Shown: piece after piece, positions 48,310 through 58,275 of the stretch
Position numbering within the stretch: position 1 is the first letter of the stretch
Layout: each line of letters begins with the position of its first letter
Virus record (IMG/VR): IMGVR_UViG_2521172663_000002
Span: 2,936-66,935 of that record
DNA from: a virus
Lineage: Duplodnaviria; Caudoviricetes
DNA: 64,000 nucleotides
Direction: 5' to 3' (one strand)
Program-made: the position numbers and the translations under genes
The notes under the pieces: generated by a model
What the model was told of the DNA's origin: nothing
What the model saw: the letters and a program-made list of their open reading frames with translations, nothing else
Database searches by the model: none

Positions 48310-49991
48310 TGGCGAACACCACCTGGTACGGCGACGGCACGGCAACCGTCGCTGTCGGCTCCCGCACGGTGACGGGTACTGACACAGGCTGGCTGACGGA
48401 AGTCGCCGGCCTGACCCCGATCAAGGCCGGTGATAAGTACGGCATTCACGTCGGTCGCCCGATCGTAATTGAATCCATCGATAGCGATACGCAGTTGACG
48501 CTTGCCGATAATTGGCCCGGACCAGCACAAACGAATGCGCCCTATAAGATTGAACTGACATCGCCTACTATTGCGGCGGTGGAGGCTATGCGGCGGCTGC
48601 TTGCTTCGCTGTCGAACGGCAATCTGGACAGCCTGTCCGAGATCACCGTCGGCACTGATGATATCCCGATCGGTATCGGTCCCGGCGTCTTTAGCACGAT
48701 CAACAAGGCCGCGCTGGTTCAAGGCGTCGAATACGACGCATTCGTACCGAACCTTGCGGGCAGGGCGGCTTATAACGGTGCTGCTGCTGGCTTCGCCGTT
48801 CTCGTTATCGATATCGGCGATGGCAGATCGGCGCTCTATTTCAAGAACTCGGTAACGTCGGGGGATTGGAGTGCGCCGTCCTATGTGACCGGTCCTGTAG
48901 GTCCAACGGGCGTGACGTGGCGTGGTAACTACAGCGCTGGAACGGCCTATGTCGTCCGTGACATCGTTCAATTCGGGGGCTCAACTTGGTACGCGAAGGT
49001 TGCCACGACTGGCAATGCGCCTCCGACGTTACCAACCACGGAAAACACACAGTGGATTCTGTTCGCTCGCTCTGGGACTGCTGGCGTAGTCGATCGTGGA
49101 ACCTATAGCGGCGCGACGGCCTATGACGCGAATGACATCGTTCTCAACAACGGCTCGACATGGCTTGCGCTTCAGCCGACCACGGGCAATGCGCCTCCGA
49201 CGTTGCCGACCGAAAATGATGCCTACTGGCGCTTGCTGGCTCGGAAGGGGACGGATGGATCGGGTACGGGTGATGTTGTTGGGCCTGCCGGCGGTGTTGC
49301 GATCAATGACTTGGCGGTCTTTGCTGACAATACTGGCAAGCTCCTCAAGAAGGCACCAAACAACGTCGTCGGCAATGCGCTTTTGTCACAGCTCACCGCG
49401 CCTGCAATCAAAGGACGGCTGACGGCGGGCACTGGCAATGTGGAGGATTTGACTCCGGCGCAGGCACGTCAGGTTTTGGGTGGGTGGGAATTCATCGGTT
49501 CATACAGTCTTGCAGGACTGAGTGCTTTGGATGTCACCAATCTCGGGGCGTACAGAACTCTTAGAATAAACGCTTCAGCCGTTTTTAATGCAAATACTGA
49601 CATGAGTATTCGTTTTTCTGAAAATAACGGAAGTGCATTTGGCGCCGATAGTGATGAATTCAGATACACGTTTGTAGGAACCAGAGCGCCGACATCAGGC
49701 TCAACACCAGTCGGACAAACGGAAGACGGCGCTAGTTCTGGTGTCCTCTTTTTATATCATGGCGGCGATACCGGTTGGCCCGCTTTAGCGGAATGCGTCA
49801 TATATGAATTCAATCAAGCGAGAAACACAGGAGTGTTTGTCAATAGTAGAATTAACACGAACACTGACAGATATGTTCGCGTGATCGGTTCAGCACACAA
49901 ACGTGCAACTGCACAAAATGCTATTCGATTTTCATTAAATTCTTCAACTGTTCAATCCGGTTTGATTCACATTGAAGGAATTCGCGGATGA
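48309..49991 (+). CDS. Tail fibre with two CBM5/12-like repeats
   Basis: GTATV..VTGTDTGW; two AY..DIV..GSTW..TTGNAPPTLPT repeats; lower-GC tip. Confidence 0.8.
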   Translation: MANTTWYGDGTATVAVGSRTVTGTDTGWLTEVAGLTPIKAGDKYGIHVGRPIVIESIDSDTQLTLADNWPGPAQTNAPYKIELTSPTIAAVEAMRRLLASLSNGNLDSLSEITVGTDDIPIGIGPGVFSTINKAALVQGVEYDAFVPNLAGRAAYNGAAAGFAVLVIDIGDGRSALYFKNSVTSGDWSAPSYVTGPVGPTGVTWRGNYSAGTAYVVRDIVQFGGSTWYAKVATTGNAPPTLPTTENTQWILFARSGTAGVVDRGTYSGATAYDANDIVLNNGSTWLALQPTTGNAPPTLPTENDAYWRLLARKGTDGSGTGDVVGPAGGVAINDLAVFADNTGKLLKKAPNNVVGNALLSQLTAPAIKGRLTAGTGNVEDLTPAQARQVLGGWEFIGSYSLAGLSALDVTNLGAYRTLRINASAVFNANTDMSIRFSENNGSAFGADSDEFRYTFVGTRAPTSGSTPVGQTEDGASSGVLFLYHGGDTGWPALAECVIYEFNQARNTGVFVNSRINTNTDRYVRVIGSAHKRATAQNAIRFSLNSSTVQSGLIHIEGIRG

Positions 49992-50356
49992 ATATTGCGA
50001 TATTCAACGCCGAAACAGGCGAAGCAACTGAACGCCCGATGACCGACGACGAGATCGCCGAAATTGGGATTCCCCCTGAACCAATTCCTCCCACCATCAC
50101 CGACTATGAAAACGCCATCCAAGAACTCGTTGACAGCAGCGCTCGTGAGCGTCAGTTCCGCGATGGTGTGACGTTGGCTTCCTACACGGCGTCTACCAAA
50201 CCGAAGTGGGCGGCAGAAGCCCAGGCCTTTGTCGCATGGCGCGATAACGTCTGGTTTTACGCTAACGGTGAGCTTGCGAAAGTTCAGGCAGGCCAGCGAC
50301 CACAACCTACTGTCGACCAGTTCCTTGCCGAGATCTCGCCTATCGCTTGGCCATAG
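49988..50356 (+). CDS. Tail fibre assembly-like protein
   Basis: EAQAFVAWRDNVW..IAWP. Confidence 0.7.
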   Translation: MNIAIFNAETGEATERPMTDDEIAEIGIPPEPIPPTITDYENAIQELVDSSARERQFRDGVTLASYTASTKPKWAAEAQAFVAWRDNVWFYANGELAKVQAGQRPQPTVDQFLAEISPIAWP

Positions 50357-51614
50357 GGATACCCGGGCAAATTTTGAAACTGTGCAGTGCAAGACCAAGA
50401 GGCCTCGTGTCAGTACTGGAGGGCTCCAAGGAGTTCGGAGCCGAATGGAATTTTGGCCTGAATTCGAATAGGATCGTCGGTGGAGCTTTATCATTCACTT
50501 TTTGTTGGATTATCTCCAGCGGGATAGTCAACTCCCTCTGTCCGCGTTTATCTTCATTTGTGAACGTCCAATCGGCAATTGGTATTCCTTCCACAGAAAC
50601 GGCAACTCTCTGGGCTGCTTGTTTGCCGAGCAGAAGAGCATCGACATCAAAACTCAAGCTGATTTCCGATTGAGGTACAAAAGGAATTACCAGTGATAAG
50701 GTGTGGCTTTCACCGAGGCCCCATACTCCCCAGTCCTCGATGTCAGCCCACCCTTCTTTGAGGTAAGTTTTCAGAATATGGGGCGGTACCCAAGACCCAA
50801 CGGACAACTCATGAAGCCGTCCCATTCGCCAATTGTTGAATTGGTCGGATGATGTGCGCGCCTTCCGAACTATTGCGCTGCCACCTGCGTCCGCAATTGG
50901 CATAAGACATTCTGGCTTGTCGGAAAAGAACTCATCGGCCGCGCTCTCTGCCCCATCCCAATGGAGGCTGGAGTAATCATGGATGATTATAAATCCGCCC
51001 TCCGACATCCGCGGGTAGAAATATTCCAGCGCGCTCATCATAGGACTGTACAAGTCACAATCCAGATGAACCGCTGCAAACCTCCTGTCGTCGGGAATTT
51101 GCGCCGCCGATTCTGGGAAGTAACCCTTTACGTACACAACGTTTTCCTCACCCACAAAATTCCGGACGGTTTCAAGCGATGTGTCGGAAAATTGGTGTGG
51201 GATCGCTTCATCAATCCCCTTCAGGTCTTTGGGGTCGAAGCCCTCAAACGTGTCAAACAAGTAAGCGGTCCGATCAAGAATCCGCGCAAAGCTGGCCAGA
51301 ATGTAAGCTGTATTGCCCCTATAAACCCCGAGTTCAGCCAAATCTCCTTGGATGTTCTCTTTCCTTATTTGGTCATAGATAAGGGTAAAAGTGAAGAAAC
51401 GGCCCATATCTCCCTTGTTGTTATCTTCATTATGAAAGAACCCATCAGTTAGAGCGGCTAGGTTGAGGCTCTTCTCAAATTTCTCATAACGATGAACGTT
51501 GACGGAATAGCGATGCGGGATGATCGAAGAAAAGTCTGATGGCCATTTCTGCTCATCGAGCCCTTTTTTGGGGGCCATGGAAACTTTCCTGATTAGACGC
51601 GAAATAAGTTTCAT
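50340..51614 (-). CDS. TylF/MycF-family O-methyltransferase with extra C-terminal domain (start may be 51578)
   Basis: GDLAELGVYRG, FDTFEGF, VKGYF, HLDCDLY, HDY. Confidence 0.9.
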   Translation of the reverse strand: MKLISRLIRKVSMAPKKGLDEQKWPSDFSSIIPHRYSVNVHRYEKFEKSLNLAALTDGFFHNEDNNKGDMGRFFTFTLIYDQIRKENIQGDLAELGVYRGNTAYILASFARILDRTAYLFDTFEGFDPKDLKGIDEAIPHQFSDTSLETVRNFVGEENVVYVKGYFPESAAQIPDDRRFAAVHLDCDLYSPMMSALEYFYPRMSEGGFIIIHDYSSLHWDGAESAADEFFSDKPECLMPIADAGGSAIVRKARTSSDQFNNWRMGRLHELSVGSWVPPHILKTYLKEGWADIEDWGVWGLGESHTLSLVIPFVPQSEISLSFDVDALLLGKQAAQRVAVSVEGIPIADWTFTNEDKRGQRELTIPLEIIQQKVNDKAPPTILFEFRPKFHSAPNSLEPSSTDTRPLGLALHSFKICPGIPMAKR

Positions 51615-51772
51615 CTGCGCTCCAGTTTCAGCTTTGTCAGTTGAACCGGATTCGGCTCGTCTCGTTCAAAAAACCAGAAAAACTAAAATCGGTATAACCG
51701 GCTGATGTCAACCACTGCGCGTAGATGACACAACTAACACGGTACCGATAACCCACAATCAGGCGCAGAAGC

Positions 51773-51915
51773 AAAAAAAAGAGGCCCGCAGCGGCTGGGG
51801 TCTGCTGCGGGCCTCTGTCAGGTCGCTGGGCGGAGCGACCACGCGCAAGGTGGCCTCGGCCGCATGAACCGCAGATGAACGACTCGCCTCTGCTCTGGGG
51901 CGAGAAGCGACCCGT
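51773..51915 (-). ncRNA. Candidate multi-hairpin small RNA ending in an intrinsic terminator
   Basis: Three hairpins each containing CCCAG; last followed by U8. Confidence 0.35.
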
Positions 51916-51933
51916 AAAAATCAGGAATCCCAA

Positions 51934-52857
51934 ATGCCAATCACTAAAATCTCCACACAGGGGAGGGCTTTCGTGCGTCTGCACGAGGGCAATCCACTTA
52001 CCTGCTACCTCGACCCTGTCGGTATTCCGACGATCGGTACGGGCTTCACGATGCGCAGCGGTTCAGTTCGCCGCGAACTCGCCAAGATCGGCATCACGAA
52101 GCTTGTCCCAGGTAAGACCAAGATCACCGCATCGCAGAGCGATGTCATCCTCGACGCTGTTCTCGCTGCCGAGTACGTACCTGCCGTCGTTGCCGGTTCG
52201 CCCGAGAATCGCAAACAGCATGAGCTGGACGCTGCTGCATCCGTGACGTTCAACCTCGGCGTCGGCGCGATGAATTGGACGTGGGCTGATCTCTGGCGCA
52301 AAGGCCAGATCCAGAAGGCCGCCGCTCATCTCGCAAGCAACTACAACACTGCGAAAGGCAAGAAACTGCCTGGCCTCGTGCGCCGTCGCAAGGAAGAGGC
52401 TCTTCTATTCGAGAGAGGCATCTATACCGGGGTTGGCGTGACGAAGGAGGCCACCGCTGAGCCACCAGTCAAGCCAGATCCAGTTGTGAAGGAAGCGCAG
52501 GAGCTGCTCACGACTGCTGGCCTCAATCCAGGCGCTATCGACGGCTGGATGGGCGAGAAGACCAAGGCTGCCGTGATCGCATACCAGAAGGCTCACCCGC
52601 ACCTCATCGCTGACGGCATCATCGGTCCTGCCACCATCGCACAGCTTCGTCGCGACGCAGGCGCGGCCAAGGACGTAGTTACAAAAGGCGCAAGCTCTGC
52701 GGCTGGTTCTGGATTGCTCGCCTTCACTGCAGGCCTCCCATGGGGCTGGATAGCCGCAGGTGTGCTTGTGGCGGTTGTCGGCTACGTGGCTTACCGCAAC
52801 CGCGATGTGATCGCACGCCGGTGGAATAGCTGGCGCGGCAAGGAGGTGGTGGTTTGA
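51934..52857 (+). CDS. Endolysin: GH24 lysozyme + peptidoglycan-binding domain + C-terminal TM
   Basis: HEG..YLDPVGIPTIGTG, GLVRRRKEEA, DGWMGEKT..DGIIGPAT. Confidence 0.92.
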   Translation: MPITKISTQGRAFVRLHEGNPLTCYLDPVGIPTIGTGFTMRSGSVRRELAKIGITKLVPGKTKITASQSDVILDAVLAAEYVPAVVAGSPENRKQHELDAAASVTFNLGVGAMNWTWADLWRKGQIQKAAAHLASNYNTAKGKKLPGLVRRRKEEALLFERGIYTGVGVTKEATAEPPVKPDPVVKEAQELLTTAGLNPGAIDGWMGEKTKAAVIAYQKAHPHLIADGIIGPATIAQLRRDAGAAKDVVTKGASSAAGSGLLAFTAGLPWGWIAAGVLVAVVGYVAYRNRDVIARRWNSWRGKEVVV

Positions 52858-53090
52858 TGATCATCGCCAAGCTTAAAGGCTACCTAGCCGCAATCGGCAC
52901 GGCGCTCGCGATCCTTGCGGGCGTCTTTTTGTATGGCCAGCGGGCAGGGCGCACCGCGGCGAAGGACGAGCAGGCTGCGGCGAATGCCAAGGCTATCAAG
53001 AAGGCCGGGGACGTCGAGCATGAAATCAAAAATCTTGGCGACGATGATGTTGATCGTCGTCTTACTCAGTGGATGCGCGACAAGCGGTAA
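52854..53090 (+). CDS. Inner-membrane spanin-like protein
   Basis: N-terminal TM + coiled coil; overlaps lipoprotein gene. Confidence 0.6.
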   Translation: MMIIAKLKGYLAAIGTALAILAGVFLYGQRAGRTAAKDEQAAANAKAIKKAGDVEHEIKNLGDDDVDRRLTQWMRDKR

Positions 53091-53211
53091 TTACTGCGAC
53101 ATCGCGCGACCGGTGCGGCCCTCCTTCGAGGATAGCCTCACGAGCGAAACGAAGCGGCAAATCCTCACCGAGAATGAGAAGCTGCAAAAGCTTTGCGGGG
53201 TGAAGCCATGA
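53020..53211 (+). CDS. Outer-membrane spanin-like lipoprotein
   Basis: MKSKIL..LLSGC lipobox. Confidence 0.65.
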   Translation: MKSKILATMMLIVVLLSGCATSGNYCDIARPVRPSFEDSLTSETKRQILTENEKLQKLCGVKP

Positions 53212-53552
53212 CCGGCCCCGAGATCATGGCTGTCGCCGTCTTCATCATCACGGTTTTCGGCTTTCTCTTCGGCCTCTGGAAATACGTCGATGCGAAGATC
53301 AGCGCCGCCAAGATGGAGGCGTCTGGCGCCGCCTCTGCGGCTTCGGCAATGGCGTCCCTTGCGAGGGAAGAGCTCGCGGCTCACCGCCTGCATGTGGCGG
53401 AAACCTACGTCTCAAAGTCCGGCCTTCGCGAACAGACTGAGCAGATCATGGGCGCTATCGGCGCCGTGAAGGATGCCGTCGACAAGATGACCTTGCGCGT
53501 GGATCGCATCGTCGAAAATCAATCAAAGCCGCGCGCGACGCGGGCTTCCTGA
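53208..53552 (+). CDS. Holin-like / lysis-associated membrane protein
   Basis: One TM plus coiled coil; ATGA coupling. Confidence 0.5.
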   Translation: MTGPEIMAVAVFIITVFGFLFGLWKYVDAKISAAKMEASGAASAASAMASLAREELAAHRLHVAETYVSKSGLREQTEQIMGAIGAVKDAVDKMTLRVDRIVENQSKPRATRAS

Positions 53553-53555
53553 TTT

Positions 53556-53590
53556 AGCCCGCTTGCCGAGAGGTAAGCGGGTTTTTTGTT
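53556..53590 (+). terminator. Late operon terminator
   Basis: agcccgcttgcc-gaga-ggtaagcgggtt then T run. Confidence 0.85.
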
Positions 53591-54006
53591 GCGATAATAA
53601 GAGGAACTCCGGCCCGACGCGTCATCTTTTGATCGAGCTCGTCGTTACATAATCCGCGTCAACAGTCTTGTTGGCGTTGTGTGAAACGGCAACAGCAGCA
53701 AAAACAACCAGGCCGCATAGTGGTATCGCAAAAAGCACGGCGGCATTGATCAGAAACCGGTAAGGCATAAAAAGACCCTCTATGGCGAAGGTTACCTCGT
53801 TCTGGTGAATAAGTCGTTTACCGCGATGAGCAAAACAAAACCCGCCGAGTGTGGCGGGCTAGTTGGGAAAAGCCGCGCGTACTGAATACATTTCGCGCTT
53901 GGTTTCAGCGTGCCATAGCAGCGTAAACGGCTGGTAAAGGGCTGGAAAAAAGAAACCCTCCGGCGTGGAAATCGCCATATGCTCGCACTCTTCGTTTGTG
54001 CGATAT

Positions 54007-54657
54007 TCAAAGCCGATTTTCGTATTCTTTCGCTCTGAACGCGACTGATACAGCGCTAAATATCTGAATGAATGACTCGATCACGACGGTGTAAATCGCG
54101 GGGATGATGATTATAATCAGTGGGGAATTGAGAGAGCGGGACGCTATGGTGCCGCATGTGTTGCACGTCACATCTGAAAAAAATAAGAATCTAAATGACA
54201 AGAATATAAAGATCGTGGCTACAAAGGGCGTCGCGATATTACTTTTTGTAAAATTTGCCGGAACACGCTCCTTGAAGATAATAAATCTCGATGAAATGGC
54301 AACGAGCACCGCTATAGTGGCAACGAGCATGACGATATTGGCTACGACAAAGAACGACCCTTTGCCGGGTTTAACAGTCTCAAAATCTCGATATCTTTCG
54401 AGCATGAAAGAAAAGACATTAGGGACTGTAGTGGGCGGCTCAATCGTATTCAGAGCTACAACTGATATGTCCGTAAAGTAGAGAAGACATAGCGCAGGCA
54501 TAAAGAATAAATTAAAGTATTTTATCAACCTGAAAACTTTTTCGTCAAAATACTTTGAGGCTCCTCTCGGTAATATTGGACTTATCCACTTTTTCACGCG
54601 CGTCATTCTTTCTATTGGGGCAGCACCTGAAATATCATGCCGTTCTAAGGTTCTCAA
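54007..54657 (-). CDS. Low-GC 4-TM membrane protein
   Basis: Four hydrophobic segments; start uncertain. Confidence 0.55.
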   Translation of the reverse strand: MRTLERHDISGAAPIERMTRVKKWISPILPRGASKYFDEKVFRLIKYFNLFFMPALCLLYFTDISVVALNTIEPPTTVPNVFSFMLERYRDFETVKPGKGSFFVVANIVMLVATIAVLVAISSRFIIFKERVPANFTKSNIATPFVATIFIFLSFRFLFFSDVTCNTCGTIASRSLNSPLIIIIIPAIYTVVIESFIQIFSAVSVAFRAKEYENRL

Positions 54658-54807
54658 TCATATCCCGCTGCGGATAATGCGCCCAGCAATGCCAGGTGGA
54701 TTTCTCGGCCTTTGATCGAGAATACCCGAAGCCGCCCCATTTCTTGCAGCCAGGATGCTCGCAATAGTGATCCTCGTGAATGCCGTCGCTGTTTTTGGAT
54801 TGGTCGC

Positions 54808-55221
54808 TCATATGGTGGTGGTTCCAGTGATGTCTATGGGCTCGTTAGATGGTTCAATCAACGGCCAGCGAACTTTCTTTTTCCATTTGTCCAAAGCATC
54901 CTCAGCGGAGGAACAAAAGACCCATTCGATGAATGCGTCTGAAATGTTAGGGTGGTCGTATAGGATGGCAGCGATCCCCTTACGCTGGCTGAACAAAATC
55001 TCCGTTCTTGCTCCTGTCGGTATGTCGTCATCGTCAGCGAGTAATTCTGTGGCAACGTAACCGGTGAAGGCTGTAAGGTCAGAATCACGGTCGACTTCAT
55101 CGAGGATGCGCGGATCAAGGTCGTCGTGGCTGGCTTTCGTTGCGCCCACGAAGTCGCCTTCATTCGGCGGGAATTTTGCGTATACGCCATGTTTTTCAAG
55201 CAGGTATGGACGAATGCGCAT
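54808..55221 (-). CDS. Acidic hypothetical protein
   Basis: GGAGG RBS directly after SRAP stop. Confidence 0.65.
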   Translation of the reverse strand: MRIRPYLLEKHGVYAKFPPNEGDFVGATKASHDDLDPRILDEVDRDSDLTAFTGYVATELLADDDDIPTGARTEILFSQRKGIAAILYDHPNISDAFIEWVFCSSAEDALDKWKKKVRWPLIEPSNEPIDITGTTTI

Positions 55222-55230
55222 GTTTGCCTC

Positions 55231-55893
55231 CTATCCAAATAGATCCTGTTGCGGCCTTTCTTCCTCAACTGGTAGCAGCACGAGGCCGTCGTCAGGCAAT
55301 GGCCGCTGAAGTACTTTCGCTTCCTCCCATGGCGCCGTAAGCCATGTCTCAATTTCATCTTTGTTTGTCAGGATTACCGGCATGGCCTTCGGGTGGATCG
55401 GTTTAACAATGCCGTTCGGGTCGGTCGTCATGAACGCAAAAAGCTGATGATCGCCTTCGCGCGGGTTCTTCATCGATCCCCGAACACCATGCCAGTCCGT
55501 CCAAATGCCGGCGAAGAAGGCGAGGGGTGTTTCTTCGTTGATCGCAAACCAGCGCTTCGTCTTCCGGGGTTTGGTATCTTCCCATTCGCAAAAGGTCGTC
55601 CACGGAACCACGCAGCGGTTCTCTGGTCGAAGCCAGCGCCGCCAGTGAGGTGAAGTGACGTTGCGGATGTTGGTGACGCCGGTGTCAGGCTTGCCTTGTG
55701 TGACGAACTGCGGCGAGGGCATACCCCACGTTAGGCCGACCAACTCCCTGCCGGTTTCACCGTTCCGCACCACTGGTGCCGGCCGATCTGGATAGACCTC
55801 AACGTCTGGCTCCAGATTAAGCCGCTCCTGCATGGTACCCACGATGTCGCGGATAGATTCCTGATTGGTCTTCACACGGTACAGATTACACAT
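55231..55893 (-). CDS. SRAP (YedK/HMCES) abasic-site protein
   Basis: MCNLY N-terminal Cys, WGMP, RCVVP..FCEW, IHPKAMPVIL. Confidence 0.92.
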   Translation of the reverse strand: MCNLYRVKTNQESIRDIVGTMQERLNLEPDVEVYPDRPAPVVRNGETGRELVGLTWGMPSPQFVTQGKPDTGVTNIRNVTSPHWRRWLRPENRCVVPWTTFCEWEDTKPRKTKRWFAINEETPLAFFAGIWTDWHGVRGSMKNPREGDHQLFAFMTTDPNGIVKPIHPKAMPVILTNKDEIETWLTAPWEEAKVLQRPLPDDGLVLLPVEEERPQQDLFG

Positions 55894-55895
55894 GC

Positions 55896-56372
55896 TCACC
55901 TCGGCATCTTGGCTATGGTGATTTTGACGTCACCCTTGGTGTTGCACCTTTTGCACTTTAGCCGCTTGGCAATGTCGTCGACGGTAATATCGGTTTTAGC
56001 CACGCGGTTCAGTTGCCAATGCTGGATATTTGAAACGTGACCGCAGTAGTTGCACTTGGCAACGATAATCTCCCAGTTCCGGATTTCCTTGACCTTAACG
56101 GCCGTCGGCGGCGCTTGTTTCAATGTTTCGATGAGGCTGCCTGCGCGGGCGTGGTATCTAAGTCTGCATCGATCCGAAAATCCTTCGAAGGGGCGGGGGC
56201 ATTTGATTATATCTTTCGCTATCTTGCTGAGCAGGGATGGCATTGAATGGTCGCCATATTCGATCATAAGCTCTCCCGAGCAGATGAATTTGAGAAGCTC
56301 GCAATCCTCGCATAAAACTCCGACAGGCTCGCCGCCATATTCGGACAGCACATAAGCTCCTTTACCTGGCAT
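55896..56372 (-). CDS. Double Zn-ribbon hypothetical protein
   Basis: CEDC..C..C; CNYC..LKCKRC. Confidence 0.7.
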   Translation of the reverse strand: MPGKGAYVLSEYGGEPVGVLCEDCELLKFICSGELMIEYGDHSMPSLLSKIAKDIIKCPRPFEGFSDRCRLRYHARAGSLIETLKQAPPTAVKVKEIRNWEIIVAKCNYCGHVSNIQHWQLNRVAKTDITVDDIAKRLKCKRCNTKGDVKITIAKMPR

Positions 56373-56607
56373 CTCGATCAGCGTCCGGCTTCCATCCTCT
56401 CGTAAATCCTGTGCCCATCGCAGCCGTCGCCAGAGCGAGTTGCATCCTCAGATGCAGAATGTCCTCCATGAGCGTCTCAATGGCGGCTCGGCTATCTCCA
56501 TCGTGCCATGCAATGATGTGGTCCACCGGATCTGCTTCGGGTTCTCGTCTTTCTGGGCGCACGTTCTCATTCTCCTTCTTCAGAGCCGCAAAAACTTCCC
56601 TTGTCAT
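56362..56607 (-). CDS. Small conserved rhizobial protein
   Basis: IIAWHDGDSRAAIETL..GFTRG. Confidence 0.7.
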   Translation of the reverse strand: MTREVFAALKKENENVRPERREPEADPVDHIIAWHDGDSRAAIETLMEDILHLRMQLALATAAMGTGFTRGWKPDADRDAR

Positions 56608-56637
56608 GAAAAAGGCGCGCGCCCCCGCGCCGGTAAA

Positions 56638-56877
56638 TCAGTCTGGCATCAAGTCCGAGATCTGCCCATGTGAAACCAGCAGGCGCGGGTTGCCCATCGA
56701 CCCGCTTTCATCATCCACAGTGACAGCGTACGCCGCCACGCCGATGTGGCGCGATGCCATTGCGCCGGCCATTTTTTCCGCGGATGCGGCGTTAGAGGCG
56801 GGTCTCATTTCGCCAGGCACAATGCCCGCGCGGCCTTTTTTAAACTGCACTACGATGATTTTTTCTTCATCGGCCAT
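56638..56877 (-). CDS. Small conserved rhizobial protein
   Basis: GAGGAG RBS; first gene after LexA box. Confidence 0.7.
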   Translation of the reverse strand: MADEEKIIVVQFKKGRAGIVPGEMRPASNAASAEKMAGAMASRHIGVAAYAVTVDDESGSMGNPRLLVSHGQISDLMPD

Positions 56878-56895
56878 CTCGCGTACTCCTCGTTT

Positions 56896-56910
56896 GTTCT
56901 ACAAATGTTC
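56896..56910. promoter_or_regulatory. Alphaproteobacterial LexA (SOS) box
   Basis: GTTC-TACAAAT-GTTC exact GTTC-N7-GTTC. Confidence 0.85.
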
Positions 56911-56985
56911 TCATTTTAGAGAGGAGTCAAGCGGAGTCTTGCATCGGACTATACAGGGCGGCGTGTAGTTGGAAACGTGCGTGGC

Positions 56986-58125
56986 TTAGCCATGCTTGCT
57001 AAGTTTTTGCGTGATTTTTTTAAACAAATACATTCGCATTGGTGTTTCTAAATATGAATATGATAAGCCAGATAAGGCCAACGATGCGATAAAAATTGCG
57101 GCGAGCCTTATTTCTGGCTGCGAGCTGCCACCTAGCAAGTCGTATAATTCTTTTACAGGCCAGTGCAGGATGTAGAGAGAATAGGAAATTTTCCCGAGAT
57201 AATGCAGTGTTTTACCTGATAGAATTCGGGATGTCAGGGAATCTCCGCTGGAAATGCCAAGAACTAAAAAGGGCGCTAAGGGTACGATGAGGGCGACATC
57301 AACCACACCAAACATCCGGCCAACTAGAATAAGCGCAGCGACAAGCACTACAATGTCAACCATCTCGATTGCGCCATTCAAAATTGCGGGTGCATTGGTA
57401 TAGAGGGTATAAACCAGCCATCCACAGGTGAACATGCAGATTCCCCGCACTATCGCGACCCAATGTATCCAGGGCCCTGTTGCCGGCGGAACAAGATGTG
57501 AATAAACCCCCGGATTCATGAAAAGTACATAGAATGCGTAGGTGAAACCGCTGAGCACAAGAATAATTGCCAAACGCCATTTTGGGCTTAAAGATCCAGC
57601 TGGCATTGTTATGGCGAACAAGATGGGGAAAATTGCAACATAGCAAAATGCCTCAATTGAGAGCGACCACATCGGCGCTATCCAGTGAACGCTGGAACCG
57701 ATTACAGGAAGGGCATTTATCATGAGCAGTTGGCGCACGAAGTCACCAATGAATTCTATTGGCCCATAGGCCGAAAAATTGTTTAAGTTCCAAAAAGCGC
57801 TATAAATTGTACATAAAATCAGCGCTATTGCACAAAGCGGATAGACCCTCGCAAACCTAGCAGCCAAAAAAGCTTTCCAATTCAATTGCCGAGCCGATTC
57901 TATACGATAGGCGAGAGATAGCGTGAAACCGCTTAAACAAAAGAAGATATCAACGGCCTGATTGTGGAATGCAAATAAACTTAACGGTGCAACGCCTCCG
58001 ATATGGAGCAGCGCAACATCTGTAGCCGCAACGCCTCGCAGGCCAGTCAGCGCACGAATCTCTCCAACTTTTGGCTTTGGTGCTGAATCGCTTGACTGCG
58101 TCCGAGTACAGTATTCCGTCTTCAC
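56986..58125 (-). CDS. Acyltransferase_3 (OafA-like) membrane O-acyltransferase
   Basis: LTGLRGVAA, VDIFFCLSGF, ARFARVYP, WSLSIE, LGKISYSLYILHWP; start approximate. Confidence 0.92.
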   Translation of the reverse strand: MKTEYCTRTQSSDSAPKPKVGEIRALTGLRGVAATDVALLHIGGVAPLSLFAFHNQAVDIFFCLSGFTLSLAYRIESARQLNWKAFLAARFARVYPLCAIALILCTIYSAFWNLNNFSAYGPIEFIGDFVRQLLMINALPVIGSSVHWIAPMWSLSIEAFCYVAIFPILFAITMPAGSLSPKWRLAIILVLSGFTYAFYVLFMNPGVYSHLVPPATGPWIHWVAIVRGICMFTCGWLVYTLYTNAPAILNGAIEMVDIVVLVAALILVGRMFGVVDVALIVPLAPFLVLGISSGDSLTSRILSGKTLHYLGKISYSLYILHWPVKELYDLLGGSSQPEIRLAAIFIASLALSGLSYSYLETPMRMYLFKKITQKLSKHG

Positions 58126-58246
58126 CGAGCTTCCTTTCGCTAGTGGGAATTGCGTGTTAGCACATGAAACACTCGGCTGGAATTTTTCGTGCGGTATCTT
58201 TGTACATAAACAGCAAGTCGCATACCCATACATTACTCGTTGATTC

Positions 58247-58275
58247 TTGACAAATTTGTAAAAAGAGTATAGCGT
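58247..58275 (+). promoter_or_regulatory. Third copy of early promoter/operator
   Basis: TTGACAAATTTGTAAAAAGAGTATAGCGT. Confidence 0.8.

Noticed and set aside
48918-49243. Tail fibre internal repeats as DGR template/variable repeat
   Set aside because: Both copies are in-frame protein repeats, differences are not adenine-specific, and no reverse transcriptase is present.
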